DNA of 64,000 nucleotides from Candidatus Hydrogenedentota bacterium (GTDB taxonomy: Bacteria; Hydrogenedentota; Hydrogenedentia; Hydrogenedentales; JAEUWI01): contig JAXMOL010000011.1 of assembly GCA_034669905.1 (NCBI GenBank), forward strand, positions 64,001 through 128,000, in the 5' to 3' direction. Of the stretch, positions 63,163 through 64,000 are shown in pieces. Both the position numbers and the translations under genes were made by a program. Position 1 is the stretch's first letter, and every line of letters starts with the position of its first letter. Under the pieces are notes generated by a model. That model ran no database searches and was not told the DNA's origin. It was given only the letters and a program-made list of their open reading frames with translations.

Positions 63163-64000
63163 ATGGCAGAGAGACCCGCCACCGAACGTGGCCAGGGGCG
63201 TCCGAAAGGCAAGGGCCGTAGCCCGAAGCGCAGCACAGCGAACGGTAATAACGCCAGCGGCAACAACCGTTCCTCACAAAGCAACAACCGGTCCCAGCAG
63301 GGCGGCGGTGGAAACAATCGCCCCCGACGGAACTCCGGCGGACGACCCCAGCAACGGCGCAATGGCGCACCCCAGGTATTGGACGTGGCCAATGAGGTCA
63401 TACCCGATAGCGTTGATGGTCCGGAATTAAATATTACCGACCTCAAAGCCATGACGATGCCCCAGCTCAACGAAGCCGCAGAAGAACTCGGCATCGAAGA
63501 GTATGGTGGTCTGAAGAAACAAGACCTTATCTTCACCGTCCTCCAGCGAAGCATCGAAAAAGCTGGCTCCATTTATGGAGAAGGCACCTTGGAGATCCTG
63601 CCCGATGGCTTTGGATTCCTCCGCTCGGCCGACTATTCGTACCTGCCCGGGCCCGACGACATTTATGTCTCCCCCTCGCAGATTCGCAAGTTCGCCCTCC
63701 GCACCGGTGACGGCATCACGGGGCACGTCCGCCCTCCCAAGGAAGGCGAACGCTATTTCGCCCTCCTCAAGGTGGAGTCGGTCAACAATGAATCGCCCGA
63801 TGTCGCACACAAGCGGATTATCTTCGACAGCCTCACTCCCATCCACCCCGATGAGCGCTTCACCCTGGAGGTAGGGCAGAATGAGATCGGCATGCGTATC
63901 ATGGATCTCATCTCCCCCATCGGTAAGGGCCAGCGTGGTCTTATCGTGGCCGCGCCCTTCACGGGTAAGACGGTGCTGCTCCAGAAGATCGCCAACAGCA
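63163..64000 (+). CDS. rho: Transcription termination factor Rho (3'-truncated by window), with N-terminal low-complexity extension
   Basis: Manual translation: LKKQDLIF, GEGTLEILPDGFGFLRS, DDIYVSPSQIRKF, PIGKGQRGLIVAAPFTGKT; AAAGGA RBS. Confidence 0.97.
   Translation, partial: MAERPATERGQGRPKGKGRSPKRSTANGNNASGNNRSSQSNNRSQQGGGGNNRPRRNSGGRPQQRRNGAPQVLDVANEVIPDSVDGPELNITDLKAMTMPQLNEAAEELGIEEYGGLKKQDLIFTVLQRSIEKAGSIYGEGTLEILPDGFGFLRSADYSYLPGPDDIYVSPSQIRKFALRTGDGITGHVRPPKEGERYFALLKVESVNNESPDVAHKRIIFDSLTPIHPDERFTLEVGQNEIGMRIMDLISPIGKGQRGLIVAAPFTGKTVLLQKIANS

Noticed and set aside
63083..63874. Listed ORFs 63083-63430 and 63575-63874
   Set aside because: Out-of-frame overlaps of the real rho reading frame starting at 63163, which the ORF track missed because it has no stop in the window

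Overview
Bacterial chromosomal window of roughly 60% GC from a Gram-negative organism (lpxA/lpxB present). The gene repertoire (DUF1080, BNR sialidase, PVC-type CxxCH protein, FG-GAP, heparinase II/III) suggests a Hydrogenedentota/PVC-like heterotroph, but this is inference only. About 51 protein genes are supported: carbohydrate and sugar-acid catabolism (0.2-34 kb), a surface-glycan cluster with a Wzx flippase, GT2/GT4 enzymes and two divergent GT-C-like proteins (35-48 kb), thiS-thiE, a pseudopilin (GspI/J/K)-GspF operon, an FHA-sigma54 activator, and lpxA-TPR-gnnA-like-lpxB-polA-rho (rho truncated by the window end). The standout is a two-gene minus-strand unit at 1110-4109: a pentameric ligand-gated ion channel fused to a LivJ-type periplasmic binding domain, followed 69 bp later by a BacNav-type voltage-gated channel with an unusual TCEDWTD filter. 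Together they look like a candidate ligand-to-voltage excitability module. Other notable items are a candidate sigma54-dependent small RNA divergent from the activator, a histone-H1-like tail on GspF/PilC, an N/Q/G/R-rich N-terminal extension on Rho, and intergenic regions packed with several REP/REPIN-like and 9-10-nt periodic inverted-repeat families. No rRNA, tRNA, CRISPR array or transposase was seen. Protein calls are by motif recognition only; no database search was run.
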